Positions 6,956-16,318 of a DNA stretch of 32,000 nt are shown piece by piece. The position numbers were made by a program, and so were the translations under genes. The DNA is from Methanocaldococcus jannaschii DSM 2661 (GTDB lineage Archaea > AGJL01 > Methanococci > Methanococcales > Methanocaldococcaceae). Position 1 is the first letter of the stretch; the number at the start of each line of letters is the position of its first letter. Below the pieces are notes generated by a model. That model searched no databases. It saw only the letters and a list, made by a program, of their open reading frames with translations, and was not told the origin of the DNA. The stretch lies in assembly GCF_000091665.1 (NCBI RefSeq), contig NC_000909.1:820712-852711 (forward strand). Direction: 5' to 3'.

Positions 6956-8599
6956 ATGAGTGAAGCGGAATTAAAAGAAGCAATGAAACGAAATCCGCAT
7001 TTACGAAGATACATCGAGAACTTTAAAAGAACCTATATGCGAATCCCAGACTTTATGGTCTCACTCTCAAGAGAATTAAAGGAGCTAAAATATCCAAATA
7101 TTATCTATCCCGTTGGAGACCCAATCTTTATTCATATATTTGGAACTCCAGAAACAAAGACAAAATATATCGTTATTGAACCAACATTAGAAACTGCCGA
7201 AGAAAAATTAAAGTATAAAATGATATTAAACAAAATTTTAGAGCTCGCCCCTTATGAAGAAACTCCTAAGAGTGTAGAAGAGTTTGAAGAGGTTTTAACG
7301 AGATTATTTAATGCCTGTACAAAGGTTACTGAGGCAGTTGGGGAGGAGGGGTTTTTTCAAAGAATATTTAGGTTTGCAGACAATAAAATTAAAATCACAC
7401 CAGAGGAGAGAGATAAATTCCTTTACATATTAAAGAGGGATTTAATAGGTTTAGGTAATCTTGAGCCCATTGGTAGAGACCCATACTTAGAGGATATTCA
7501 CGTTATCGGTCCAAAAAATTGTCATGTTGTTCACAAAATTTTTGGAATGTTACCTACAAATATTACATGGGAAGATGAGATTGAACTTGCAGATTATTTA
7601 AAAAATTTAGGAGAACGAATGGGTAGGCCAGTTTCAGATGCTAACCCAATAGTTGATGGAACACTACCAGATGGTTCAAGGATTAACATTATCTACTCTA
7701 CAGATGTCTCTCCAAAGGGTCCATCATTTACAATTAGGAAATTCACAGATGTTCCTATCAGTGTTACACAACTTATTAGCTGGGGGACATTCTCAACTGA
7801 AGTTGCAGCATATTTATGGCTATGTTTAGAGTATGGTATGAGTATCTTTATTTGTGGGGAGACAGCATCAGGTAAAACAACAACATTAAACGCAATCTTA
7901 CCATTTATAAAACCAAATTCAAAGATATTCTCTTGTGAAGACACTCCAGAAGTTAAACCACCTCATCCAGTATGGCAGCAGTTAGTTACAAGAGAGAGAG
8001 GGCCAGAGGAGAGTAGAGTTACACTCTTTGATTTGTTGAGGGCTGCATTGAGGTCAAGACCTAACTATATTATTGTTGGAGAGATTAGAAGTGTCGAGGC
8101 AGCAGTTGCTTTCCAGGCTATGCAGACTGGACACCCTGTTCTCTCAACTTTCCACGCAGCTAATGTTAGAAAGATGATACAGAGGTTGAATGGAGACCCA
8201 ATCAATGTCCCATTAACATTTATGGATAACTTAAACGTTGCACTCTTCCAGCTTGCCGTCTATCAGAGAGGTAAGGTTTTGAGAAGAGTAGTTTCTATTG
8301 AAGAAATTGAGGGGTATTATAAAGAGGTAGATGGAGTCGTTACAAGGGCGGTGTTCCAATGGGAGCCAGATAAAGACAGGCATGTATTTACTGGAAGAAA
8401 TAACAGTTATGTCTTAGAGGAGAAGATAGCTAAGGCAGCGGGATATGAAGACCCAAGAGATATTTACAATGAGTTAGAATTAAGAGCAAGAATCTTAGAG
8501 GAAATGATTGCAAGAGAAATTTTCGATTACTACCAAGTTAGAGATATAATATGGGCATTTTACGAAAAAGGATTGGAGGGACTTCCATTCCCAATCTGA
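6956..8599 (+). CDS. flaI: Archaellum motor ATPase FlaI (ArlI), type II/IV secretion ATPase family
   Basis: Walker A GETASGKTT. The block IIVGEIRSVEAAVAFQAMQTGH is typical of VirB11/PilB-like ATPases. ATG 6956 follows SD GGTGA (6946-6950). Confidence 0.95.
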   Translation: MSEAELKEAMKRNPHLRRYIENFKRTYMRIPDFMVSLSRELKELKYPNIIYPVGDPIFIHIFGTPETKTKYIVIEPTLETAEEKLKYKMILNKILELAPYEETPKSVEEFEEVLTRLFNACTKVTEAVGEEGFFQRIFRFADNKIKITPEERDKFLYILKRDLIGLGNLEPIGRDPYLEDIHVIGPKNCHVVHKIFGMLPTNITWEDEIELADYLKNLGERMGRPVSDANPIVDGTLPDGSRINIIYSTDVSPKGPSFTIRKFTDVPISVTQLISWGTFSTEVAAYLWLCLEYGMSIFICGETASGKTTTLNAILPFIKPNSKIFSCEDTPEVKPPHPVWQQLVTRERGPEESRVTLFDLLRAALRSRPNYIIVGEIRSVEAAVAFQAMQTGHPVLSTFHAANVRKMIQRLNGDPINVPLTFMDNLNVALFQLAVYQRGKVLRRVVSIEEIEGYYKEVDGVVTRAVFQWEPDKDRHVFTGRNNSYVLEEKIAKAAGYEDPRDIYNELELRARILEEMIAREIFDYYQVRDIIWAFYEKGLEGLPFPI

Positions 8600-8609
8600 G
8601 GTGGTTATT

Positions 8610-10289
8610 GTGGTATTTGATTTACTGCCAAGAGTTGGGCTTAAGCCCAGAGATTATTTATTAAGAATTGTATTGCCCGCACTTATAACTTCCATTGTTT
8701 TAATCCTATTGGGTTTTATGTTATTTAGTGGCATTATTTTGTATATATATTTACTTTTACCAATTATAATACTTGTTAGTGCAATTGGTTACCCATATAT
8801 TGCTTTAGATTCTCAAAAAAACAAGATAAATGAGAGGTTACACATTTTTATTACAAAATTTGGAACATTATCTATAACTGACTTAAATAGAAAAGATTTA
8901 TTAAAGATACTTTCAGAAGAAAGAGAAGAACTTGGAGAATTAGCAAAAGAATCTGAAAAATTGTATGTTTTGACAGATAAGTGGGGGCGTTCATTAGCTG
9001 AAGCTTGTAGATTTTTAGCTCAGAGAACACCAAGTAGTGAATTTGCAGATTTTTTGGATAGATTGGCTTATGCATTGGACAGTGGGGAGGAGCTTAAAGA
9101 GTTTTTAATAAAAGAACAGGATATTGTTATGGATGACTATGCTGCATTTTACAAAAGAATGTTATATTCGCTTGATATGTATAAGGAATTATATGTTAGT
9201 GCAATGACTTCAATAGCATTTTTCTTAGCTTTTTCAATTTTAGTTCCATTCTTATTGCCTTATAATTTTGTCTTTATGGCTACTATAGCGTTATTTGCAT
9301 TTTTTGCTGTTGAGTTACTTATCGTTGTTGTGATAAGAAATAGACTCCCATTTGATAGGTTATGGCATACAGGGGAGAAACCTACTGAAACTGATATAAA
9401 ACTTAGAAAATGGTTAATAATATCCGTTATATTGGTTGTAATACTTTTACCATTTCTTTTATGGGCTAAGTATATAGTGGGGTTATCTCCATTTTCCCAA
9501 ATGCCTTATATGATATTGGTAGCTTTGGGATTTACACCATTAGCTATTGGAGGGTTTGTTGCATTAAAAGAGGAAGAAAAAGTAAAAAGAAAGGAATTTG
9601 TATTTCCTGACTTTTTGAGGTCTTTAGGAGATTCAGTAAGTGCTAAGGGAGGAGGAATGGTTAGTTCTTTAGAATATCTCTCAAACCATGATTTTGGACC
9701 ATTAACTCATGATATCAAGAGATTATATAAAAGATTAGCTTTGGGTATTGATTCAAATAAATCTTGGAGGTTGTTTGGTTTTGACTCTTGTAGTTATTTA
9801 ATACAGCTATTTTCTGACATATTTTCACGATGTATATACTTTGGAGGTGACCCAAAAACAGCTGCTGAGATAATTAGTAAGAATTTCCGTAAAATAGTGC
9901 AATTAAGAAAATCTAAATATCAAAATATACAGCAATTTGTTGGGGTTGTTTATGGTCTTGGAGGAGGTTTAGCTTTAGCATTATTTGCTTCATTAGGAGT
10001 AGCTAAGATGATTAATGATTTGTATTCATCATTAAGTATTCCTGAAACTGTCATTCATATTCTTAATATTGCTCCAATATCTAATGTTGATGTAGTAGAA
10101 TACATTATTTTTGGCTCTCTTATTGTTTATTCTATAATTTCGGCTATATTAATCAAAATTATGGATGGAGGGCATAAGTTTGTCTCCCTACTACACTTTG
10201 TTGCTATACTTTGGATATGTGCTATAGTAGCTTATATAACAAAGCTAATAGTTTCACAGGTTTTAGGAGTTTCAGTTCCTCTCTATTAA
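8610..10289 (+). CDS. flaJ: Polytopic membrane platform protein FlaJ (ArlJ), TadC/PilC-like
   Basis: Multiple TM segments and two cytoplasmic domains. The start is probably GTG 8610, 5 nt after GAGGTGG (8598-8604). The ORF-track start at 8601 lies inside the SD. Confidence 0.88.
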   Translation: MVFDLLPRVGLKPRDYLLRIVLPALITSIVLILLGFMLFSGIILYIYLLLPIIILVSAIGYPYIALDSQKNKINERLHIFITKFGTLSITDLNRKDLLKILSEEREELGELAKESEKLYVLTDKWGRSLAEACRFLAQRTPSSEFADFLDRLAYALDSGEELKEFLIKEQDIVMDDYAAFYKRMLYSLDMYKELYVSAMTSIAFFLAFSILVPFLLPYNFVFMATIALFAFFAVELLIVVVIRNRLPFDRLWHTGEKPTETDIKLRKWLIISVILVVILLPFLLWAKYIVGLSPFSQMPYMILVALGFTPLAIGGFVALKEEEKVKRKEFVFPDFLRSLGDSVSAKGGGMVSSLEYLSNHDFGPLTHDIKRLYKRLALGIDSNKSWRLFGFDSCSYLIQLFSDIFSRCIYFGGDPKTAAEIISKNFRKIVQLRKSKYQNIQQFVGVVYGLGGGLALALFASLGVAKMINDLYSSLSIPETVIHILNIAPISNVDVVEYIIFGSLIVYSIISAILIKIMDGGHKFVSLLHFVAILWICAIVAYITKLIVSQVLGVSVPLY

Positions 10290-10315
10290 AAAATTATTAA
10301 AATTTGGGGGAAAAA

Positions 10316-11020
10316 ATGATAAATTTTATTGTTGGGGCAATAGGGCTGTTAATAGCTTCAATCTACGATTTAAAAAGTAGGGAAATTGAAGATTATGTTT
10401 GGGTATCGATGGTTATTTTTGGATTGATATATAATGGCTATTTATCATTCATTTCACATGATATGTTATATGTCATTCAATCGATTGTTGGATTTATAGT
10501 CTGTTTCTTCTTAGGGTTTTTTATGTTCTTATTGGGTGTTGGAGGAGGTGATGGAAAACTGATAATGGGACTTGGAGCTTTAATTCCAAAATATAACATG
10601 CCAATACACACTCCATTAGGGGCAATATTAAATTATCTTTATCTTCCTTCCTTTCCAATAATGGTAGTAATTAACGCAATGTTTTTCTCAATAACACTTC
10701 CGATAATTATATTTTTAAGAAATGTAATTAGAGGAGTAAAACCAAAGACAAAAAAAGAGGTCTTATGTATGTTTCTTGGTGAAAAAATGAAAGTTTCTGA
10801 AGCTATAAAAAAAGAAAGGTTAATCCTTGGAAATCATGAAAATTTAAAATTACTACCAAGTGCTGAGAAAGATTGTGATTTTTCAAAGTTTGATAAAAAT
10901 GAAGAAATTTGGGTAACTCCTGCTATACCATTTGTTGTTCCGATATTTCTATCTTATTTGCTAACATCAATTATAGGTGATAAAATCATAGGTATCTTTT
11001 TATCAGTCTTTGGATTGTAA
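10316..11020 (+). CDS. flaK: Prearchaellin (class III signal) peptidase FlaK, GxGD aspartyl protease
   Basis: With ATG 10316 the first catalytic Asp falls in IYD18LKS, and the second in the GVGGGDGKL (GxGD) motif. The protein is polytopic. Confidence 0.88.
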   Translation: MINFIVGAIGLLIASIYDLKSREIEDYVWVSMVIFGLIYNGYLSFISHDMLYVIQSIVGFIVCFFLGFFMFLLGVGGGDGKLIMGLGALIPKYNMPIHTPLGAILNYLYLPSFPIMVVINAMFFSITLPIIIFLRNVIRGVKPKTKKEVLCMFLGEKMKVSEAIKKERLILGNHENLKLLPSAEKDCDFSKFDKNEEIWVTPAIPFVVPIFLSYLLTSIIGDKIIGIFLSVFGL

Positions 11021-11190
11021 TTTGGAGCATATTTAGCCATATTTAACAATAACTAAGTATTCAGGTTTCGATAAATGTAGAAATTGATTTGTGCTAAATG
11101 ATTTATATGGTGTTAATCAAAGTTTATTGTTATAGTTCTATAAAAATGAAAAAATGAAAATACAAATTATAATGAATTTAGTGTCAATTA

Positions 11191-11214
11191 AAATAGTCTT
11201 AGAAAATAGTCTTA
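11191..11214 (+). repeat. Tandem 11-mer AAATAGTCTTA x2 (13-nt period) directly 5' of the SD of the secreted-protein gene
   Basis: Copies at 11191-11201 and 11204-11214. The SD GGGGGGAGGGGG and ATG 11230 follow. Confidence 0.9.
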
Positions 11215-11229
11215 TTGGGGGGAGGGGGT

Positions 11230-13146
11230 ATGAAAAAAATAGTATTGGCTCTTTTATTATTGTTATTGCCAGTAGTTTGTGGGGATGTTAGTGTATATAA
11301 GGTATGGTCACCGTATGACCCACCAAATTCACCAATATTGCATGTAGATATTAGTGAGCAAGTTCTATATTTGGGTGTTGTAAATAAGGATGAATATGAG
11401 CATGATGTTATAGTTAAAGTGGAGTGTAATGGAAAGACATGGGGATCTGGTTTAATACCTTTGCCACCAAATAGTCATATAGAAAAAATTGTGGAGGTTA
11501 GAGTTCCGATTAGTGATGACAAAGAACATGATGCTAAAATATCGTTAATTGAAAATGGAAAAACTATAGCTTCAACAACAGTTAAAGTGAGACCGTATTT
11601 TCCAGTGGATGTTAAGAATGTAACATGTGAGGACTCATACAAAATTGGAAATACTGAAGTTTGCTATTCTAACTGGTTTGATATAACTCTAAAAAGTAAT
11701 CCTACAGCAAAGAGCGATTATATTGCTAAAGTTTGGATAAATGTAAAAGATGGAGATAATATAATTTATAATGGTAAAAACGATTTTAAGACAGTATATA
11801 TTCCTCTTGGAGAGGAAGTAACGGTATCTTTTAAAGTTCCTAAGATTGTTCTTGATAAAGAGAAATTTACAGTTGAAACAAATGTAGAGATAATGAATGT
11901 TACCCATACCATTGATGGTGTTGAAGAAACTATTCAGAGGAGGGATGATTCTGGAATATACTATGACTATAAGAGTGTAACAAAATATTATTACTTTCCA
12001 GTTGTTATAAAGAATGTAGAACTTTATAGAAAGATTGATGAAAACACTTCAGAGTTTGTAAAGAATTTTTATGACTCTGCAAATATATTAGATGATGAAA
12101 TAAGAGACATATTGTCAGATAAGTATTTACAGAAGGATGATGTATTACCAAGATATTATGTTATAGATGACCCAACACTGGCTATTTTAAAAATTACTGT
12201 GGAAAATAAATATGATAGGGATGTTAAGGCCAAACTGACTGTTAAATATGATAATGTAATATTTACCAAGATAATTAATATTGATAAAAAAGAGAAGAAG
12301 GATGTATTTATTCCAATATATACAAAGAAAGGCAGTAAGAATATAGTGGTAACAATAAACCCCATAGATGCAGATACTTTAATCTTTAATAGGTCATACA
12401 GTATTAACATAGACCCAAAACCTATACCACCAGTAATTATTGAAAAGATTATTTTGCCAAAAGATGAAGAAATAGGTGAGGAAACAAATATTAGTGGATA
12501 TGTAATAATTGGAAAAAGATATAATATGACGATATTTATAAAAAATATTTATAATAAAACGTTATCAGGAAAGATTACCATAGATGATAATTTTAAAGAT
12601 GGAATAGCAAATTATTCTAAGGAAATTCCATTTACTATAGAACCTCATCAAATTAAAGAGATAAATGTTCCAATAATCTTTTACAAGGAAGTAAATGGTG
12701 ACTTAAAAATCACAGTTTCAGTTAAGGGAGGGGCTAAAGATTATACATCCCTTGCTCATTTCTATGCAATATCTCCAATAGGTATTGTTAGAATATATTA
12801 CAATAACACACTATTATTGGGAAAAATAAATGTAATAAAGGAAAATAGTGGAATATACTCAGCCAAACCTATTGCAGGATTTAACAACACATGTGTAGTT
12901 ATATTAAGAAATAATTTGAACTCTAAAGTTGATTGTGACGTTTGGATTGAAGTTATTGACAAAGATGGAAAGGTTAGAGCAAAAAGTGGTATTAAAACAG
13001 TTAAATTAGATAACTATTCAGAAGCTAAAGTGGCATTTCCAATATTTTTCGAGGAAGGATTTGAAGGATATACTGTAGCTCATATAATTCCAAAATCTGT
13101 AGAGAATGTTGATATTATATATACCGAAGTTATGGAATCCACTTAG
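11230..13146 (+). CDS. Large secreted beta-rich repeat protein (signal peptide, no C-terminal anchor of its own)
   Basis: MKKIVLALLLLLLPVVCGDV is a signal peptide. A very strong SD precedes the ATG. The body is repetitive with Ig/CARDB-like sequence texture and many N-x-S/T sequons. Confidence 0.7.
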   Translation: MKKIVLALLLLLLPVVCGDVSVYKVWSPYDPPNSPILHVDISEQVLYLGVVNKDEYEHDVIVKVECNGKTWGSGLIPLPPNSHIEKIVEVRVPISDDKEHDAKISLIENGKTIASTTVKVRPYFPVDVKNVTCEDSYKIGNTEVCYSNWFDITLKSNPTAKSDYIAKVWINVKDGDNIIYNGKNDFKTVYIPLGEEVTVSFKVPKIVLDKEKFTVETNVEIMNVTHTIDGVEETIQRRDDSGIYYDYKSVTKYYYFPVVIKNVELYRKIDENTSEFVKNFYDSANILDDEIRDILSDKYLQKDDVLPRYYVIDDPTLAILKITVENKYDRDVKAKLTVKYDNVIFTKIINIDKKEKKDVFIPIYTKKGSKNIVVTINPIDADTLIFNRSYSINIDPKPIPPVIIEKIILPKDEEIGEETNISGYVIIGKRYNMTIFIKNIYNKTLSGKITIDDNFKDGIANYSKEIPFTIEPHQIKEINVPIIFYKEVNGDLKITVSVKGGAKDYTSLAHFYAISPIGIVRIYYNNTLLLGKINVIKENSGIYSAKPIAGFNNTCVVILRNNLNSKVDCDVWIEVIDKDGKVRAKSGIKTVKLDNYSEAKVAFPIFFEEGFEGYTVAHIIPKSVENVDIIYTEVMEST

Positions 13147-13250
13147 TTAAAATATCAGATTATTACAGGGTTGGGAGATATTCAGCAGTTGATGTATTAG
13201 GAAATAAAATACCTACAGGAACACATGTAGTTACAGAGGTTATTTCCCCA

Positions 13251-13838
13251 GTGAATATTGAGAATTTAGCGTACAACAGTAGTAGTGATGTATTAAAAGC
13301 AAAAATTAAAAATGATAAGTTCCCAGTGAATTTAACAGTTCAGTATTGGGTTGATGTTAGTAGAGGTTCAAATATCTACTATAAAAGCTCCATTTTCCAA
13401 ACAGAGATTTATCCAAAATCTGAGAAGGAATTGATAGTTCCTTTGACGTTGGGGGATTTAGAGAGTGGGATTTATAATATAACTCTATATGTGAGGGTTA
13501 ATAACTTTGCACTCTTTAATTATCAAAAAGTTCCGGTAATCTTAAAAAAATCAATATCTATAGAAATAAATGGAAGTAAAGGGGTGATGCAACAGAAATC
13601 CAACAAGGAGAGTGATGAAATAATAAATGAAACATCAGAAACCCACAAAAACATGACAATAGATATTAAAAATCTCTCCAATAATAAAGATAACAAATCA
13701 AATATTGAGGAATCCACTGCCAAAAATGTTAAAAGTAACATAGAAACTAAAAAAAGCGCTGATAATAACTCAATATTAGGTAAAATATCTGGGTTTTTTG
13801 GAAGTATTGTTTCTACGATTTTTAGTCTGTTCGGATAA
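13251..13838 (+). CDS. Surface-protein C-terminal module (beta domain, S/N/K-rich stalk, hydrophobic tail). Probably the 3' part of the preceding gene.
   Basis: The first candidate start is only a GTG. The frame is stop-free for 46 further codons upstream (from 13113) and overlaps the preceding ORF's end. The C-terminus ILGKISGFFGSIVSTIFSLFG is a membrane-anchor-like tail. Confidence 0.55.
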   Translation: MNIENLAYNSSSDVLKAKIKNDKFPVNLTVQYWVDVSRGSNIYYKSSIFQTEIYPKSEKELIVPLTLGDLESGIYNITLYVRVNNFALFNYQKVPVILKKSISIEINGSKGVMQQKSNKESDEIINETSETHKNMTIDIKNLSNNKDNKSNIEESTAKNVKSNIETKKSADNNSILGKISGFFGSIVSTIFSLFG

Positions 13839-13909
13839 AGTATAATGCAAGTCTCTACAACACTAAAAAAGTTTTTATAAAATAATACTACAGTGGGGGA
13901 GGGAGTAAT

Positions 13910-14245
13910 ATGAGCTTGGCGTTTATTGACCCAATGATTATTAGGTCGCTAAATAAAAGTAAATTAAGAAAGAAGATATTGTATTTGCTGTATAAAATGT
14001 ATCCTCATGGCATTTATCTATCTGAAATCTCGAGAAGGGTAAGGTCAGACCCAAGTAATGTGCTTGGATGTCTAAAAGGTATGAATGGAAGGTATAACGG
14101 CCATTTCTCGCTTATAGAATTAGGATTAGTTGAATGTGTGGAGAGAGGGGGAGTAAAAATATATAAACTAACCGATTATGGAAAGAAAATAGTTGAGGTA
14201 TTAAAAGACCAGGATAGTGACTTTATAGAATCTTTAAGGTGGTAA
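13910..14245 (+). CDS. Small winged-helix-turn-helix DNA-binding protein (ArsR/MarR-like)
   Basis: 111 aa. The stretch GIYLSEISRRVRSDPSNVLGCLKGM looks like an HTH followed by a wing (VKIYKLTDYG). SD GGGGGAGGG lies upstream. Confidence 0.65.
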   Translation: MSLAFIDPMIIRSLNKSKLRKKILYLLYKMYPHGIYLSEISRRVRSDPSNVLGCLKGMNGRYNGHFSLIELGLVECVERGGVKIYKLTDYGKKIVEVLKDQDSDFIESLRW

Positions 14246-14246
14246 T

Positions 14247-15347
14247 ATGAAATTTGATTCAGCAAAAATTGAGAATGTGGTTGGGGGAGGGTCATTTGAG
14301 ATAGGAGATGATGACTCAAAAATATTGGATGAGATTATTAGTGAAGTTATAAACGATATAATGCCATCTGAAATAAAACTAAAAAAGAAAATAGAAATGA
14401 TTGATAACACTATAGAGTATTTAAGTTATGAATTGCTCGTTACATTTATAAAGCATGGTGTTGAGTTTGGGATTTTCCCAATTATTGCTAAATATTCACC
14501 AAAAATAGATGATATTCCATTATTGGTGAAATATCCAAATAAGCAGTTTATCCTTGACTATATAAAAACAGCTTTGAAATTGGAAATTTTAAAATATGAA
14601 GATGAAAAAATTAAGATAAACGAAGATTTTGAACTAAATATAAAAATGCCAAAATTTGATAAGATTATTAGTGATTATGTGATGAAATATAACTTTATAA
14701 CGCATGTATCAAGATACGCTCTAATAAGTTATAGCCATCCAAAGATTGCTATAAGCTTTAAGAAAGACCCTGACATCTGGGATATGATATTAAGTAGTCC
14801 ATACTATTCATTATGCAGAGAGATTGCCAGTGACTATCTAAAGATTGATAAAGGAGATTATATATTAGATGTTGGTTGTGGTTCAAGGTCTCCAAAATAC
14901 TTTATAGATATGATATATCCAGAAGGACATTACATGGGAGTGGATATATCTAAGGGACTTTTACAGATTGCAGAATGTAGGATTAAAAGATTGTATTGTG
15001 ACTCCTATGAACTTAAAAATATAGATTTTACTAAAATAATTCCTAAAGAAAAGTATGATTATATTATATGCTCACATACAATGATATATGCTCCATCATT
15101 AAAGCAGTTTCTAAATAAGATGATGTCTTCTATACATAGTGGGGGAAAAATATTCATTTCAGAAGAATTTATACTGGATAAGAATGAAAATATCTGCAAA
15201 GAAGTATTTGAGTTCTATAATAGGTTGAATAAAAGGTTTAGGGGGTATTATTCAGAAAAGGATATAGTCGATATTCTTGAATCATTAGGATATGATTTCA
15301 AAATTGAAAGCTTAGGAAATGGAATTTTAGTTATTGAAAAGATTTAA
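14247..15347 (+). CDS. Class I SAM-dependent methyltransferase with an N-terminal ~190-aa extra domain
   Basis: Motif I ILDVGCGSRSP and post-I GVDIS. The ATG lies 1 nt after the wHTH gene's stop, which suggests translational coupling. Confidence 0.8.
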   Translation: MKFDSAKIENVVGGGSFEIGDDDSKILDEIISEVINDIMPSEIKLKKKIEMIDNTIEYLSYELLVTFIKHGVEFGIFPIIAKYSPKIDDIPLLVKYPNKQFILDYIKTALKLEILKYEDEKIKINEDFELNIKMPKFDKIISDYVMKYNFITHVSRYALISYSHPKIAISFKKDPDIWDMILSSPYYSLCREIASDYLKIDKGDYILDVGCGSRSPKYFIDMIYPEGHYMGVDISKGLLQIAECRIKRLYCDSYELKNIDFTKIIPKEKYDYIICSHTMIYAPSLKQFLNKMMSSIHSGGKIFISEEFILDKNENICKEVFEFYNRLNKRFRGYYSEKDIVDILESLGYDFKIESLGNGILVIEKI

Positions 15348-15356
15348 ATAACTTCA

Positions 15357-16205
15357 TTATTTTTTAAATGTTTTTATCAAGAACTCTCTCGCATAACATC
15401 CTTTACTTTTTACCTTTGGTAATTTTATTTTATTTTTATCGTTTATATTTCCTAAACAGGAAAGTCCTTCCAATGTAGGGCATAAATAAATATCCCCAAA
15501 TTCATTAACAAATAGTAAATCCCCAGAGTTTAAATAGCAATATTTATCTTTTGGCCTTTTTTGTAGATTCTTTATGTAGATGGGATATCTTCCCAATTTA
15601 TTTAACAATTTATTAAATTCTTCAATATTTGGCATTAATGTTAAATGTTCTTTTTTCTTTGGTTTCAATAAATCAAAACTTATGCTCTTTACACCAAAGG
15701 CAATTAGATATTTAACAAATTCTTCTAAATAAGGAAGATTTTTATTTGTAACAACAGTTGTTATTCCAAAAGGGATATTATAAGATTTTAAGATATACAT
15801 ACCCTTTAAAGTATCTAATGTTGATGGCTTTCCATTTTTATAAGGTCTTAGGATATCATTTATTTCCAATCCATCTATGCTAATACCAACTTTTATGTCA
15901 AGTTCTTTAATTTTTTCAGCTATTTTTTCGTTTATAAGGGTTGCATTAGTTTGTATGGCATATTGAATATTGCAGTTGCTATAATTATCATTACAGTAAT
16001 CAACAATCTTTTCAATTAAATTAAAATTTAAAAGTGGTTCTCCACCTGTGAATTGTATTTTTATCTGATTATCTAAGTTTAGTAAATAATCTATAGCATT
16101 TTTAGCTGTTTTAAAATCCATATCTTTATTATTTTTGTTGTTTGCATAGCAGTAAATACAATTTAGATTGCATCTGTTTGTTACCTTTAATATTAAATGT
16201 TTCAT
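15357..16205 (-). CDS. Radical SAM enzyme with a Cys-rich (SPASM/twitch-like) C-terminus
   Basis: CNLNCIYCY (CxxxCxxC). C-terminal cysteines in CYLN...LCPT...SCLG...GCY. ATG 16205 lies 6 nt after SD GGTGG. The TTG at 16217 is rejected. Confidence 0.85.
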   Translation of the reverse strand: MKHLILKVTNRCNLNCIYCYANNKNNKDMDFKTAKNAIDYLLNLDNQIKIQFTGGEPLLNFNLIEKIVDYCNDNYSNCNIQYAIQTNATLINEKIAEKIKELDIKVGISIDGLEINDILRPYKNGKPSTLDTLKGMYILKSYNIPFGITTVVTNKNLPYLEEFVKYLIAFGVKSISFDLLKPKKKEHLTLMPNIEEFNKLLNKLGRYPIYIKNLQKRPKDKYCYLNSGDLLFVNEFGDIYLCPTLEGLSCLGNINDKNKIKLPKVKSKGCYAREFLIKTFKK

Positions 16206-16318
16206 ACCATCCACCAAATTTTTATTATAAAAAGTGATAAAAAGATGATAAATTAAATAATAAACTAAAGATATTGTTAAGTTAATTAAGATTTTATTTA
16301 ATATAATTGGTGATACTT

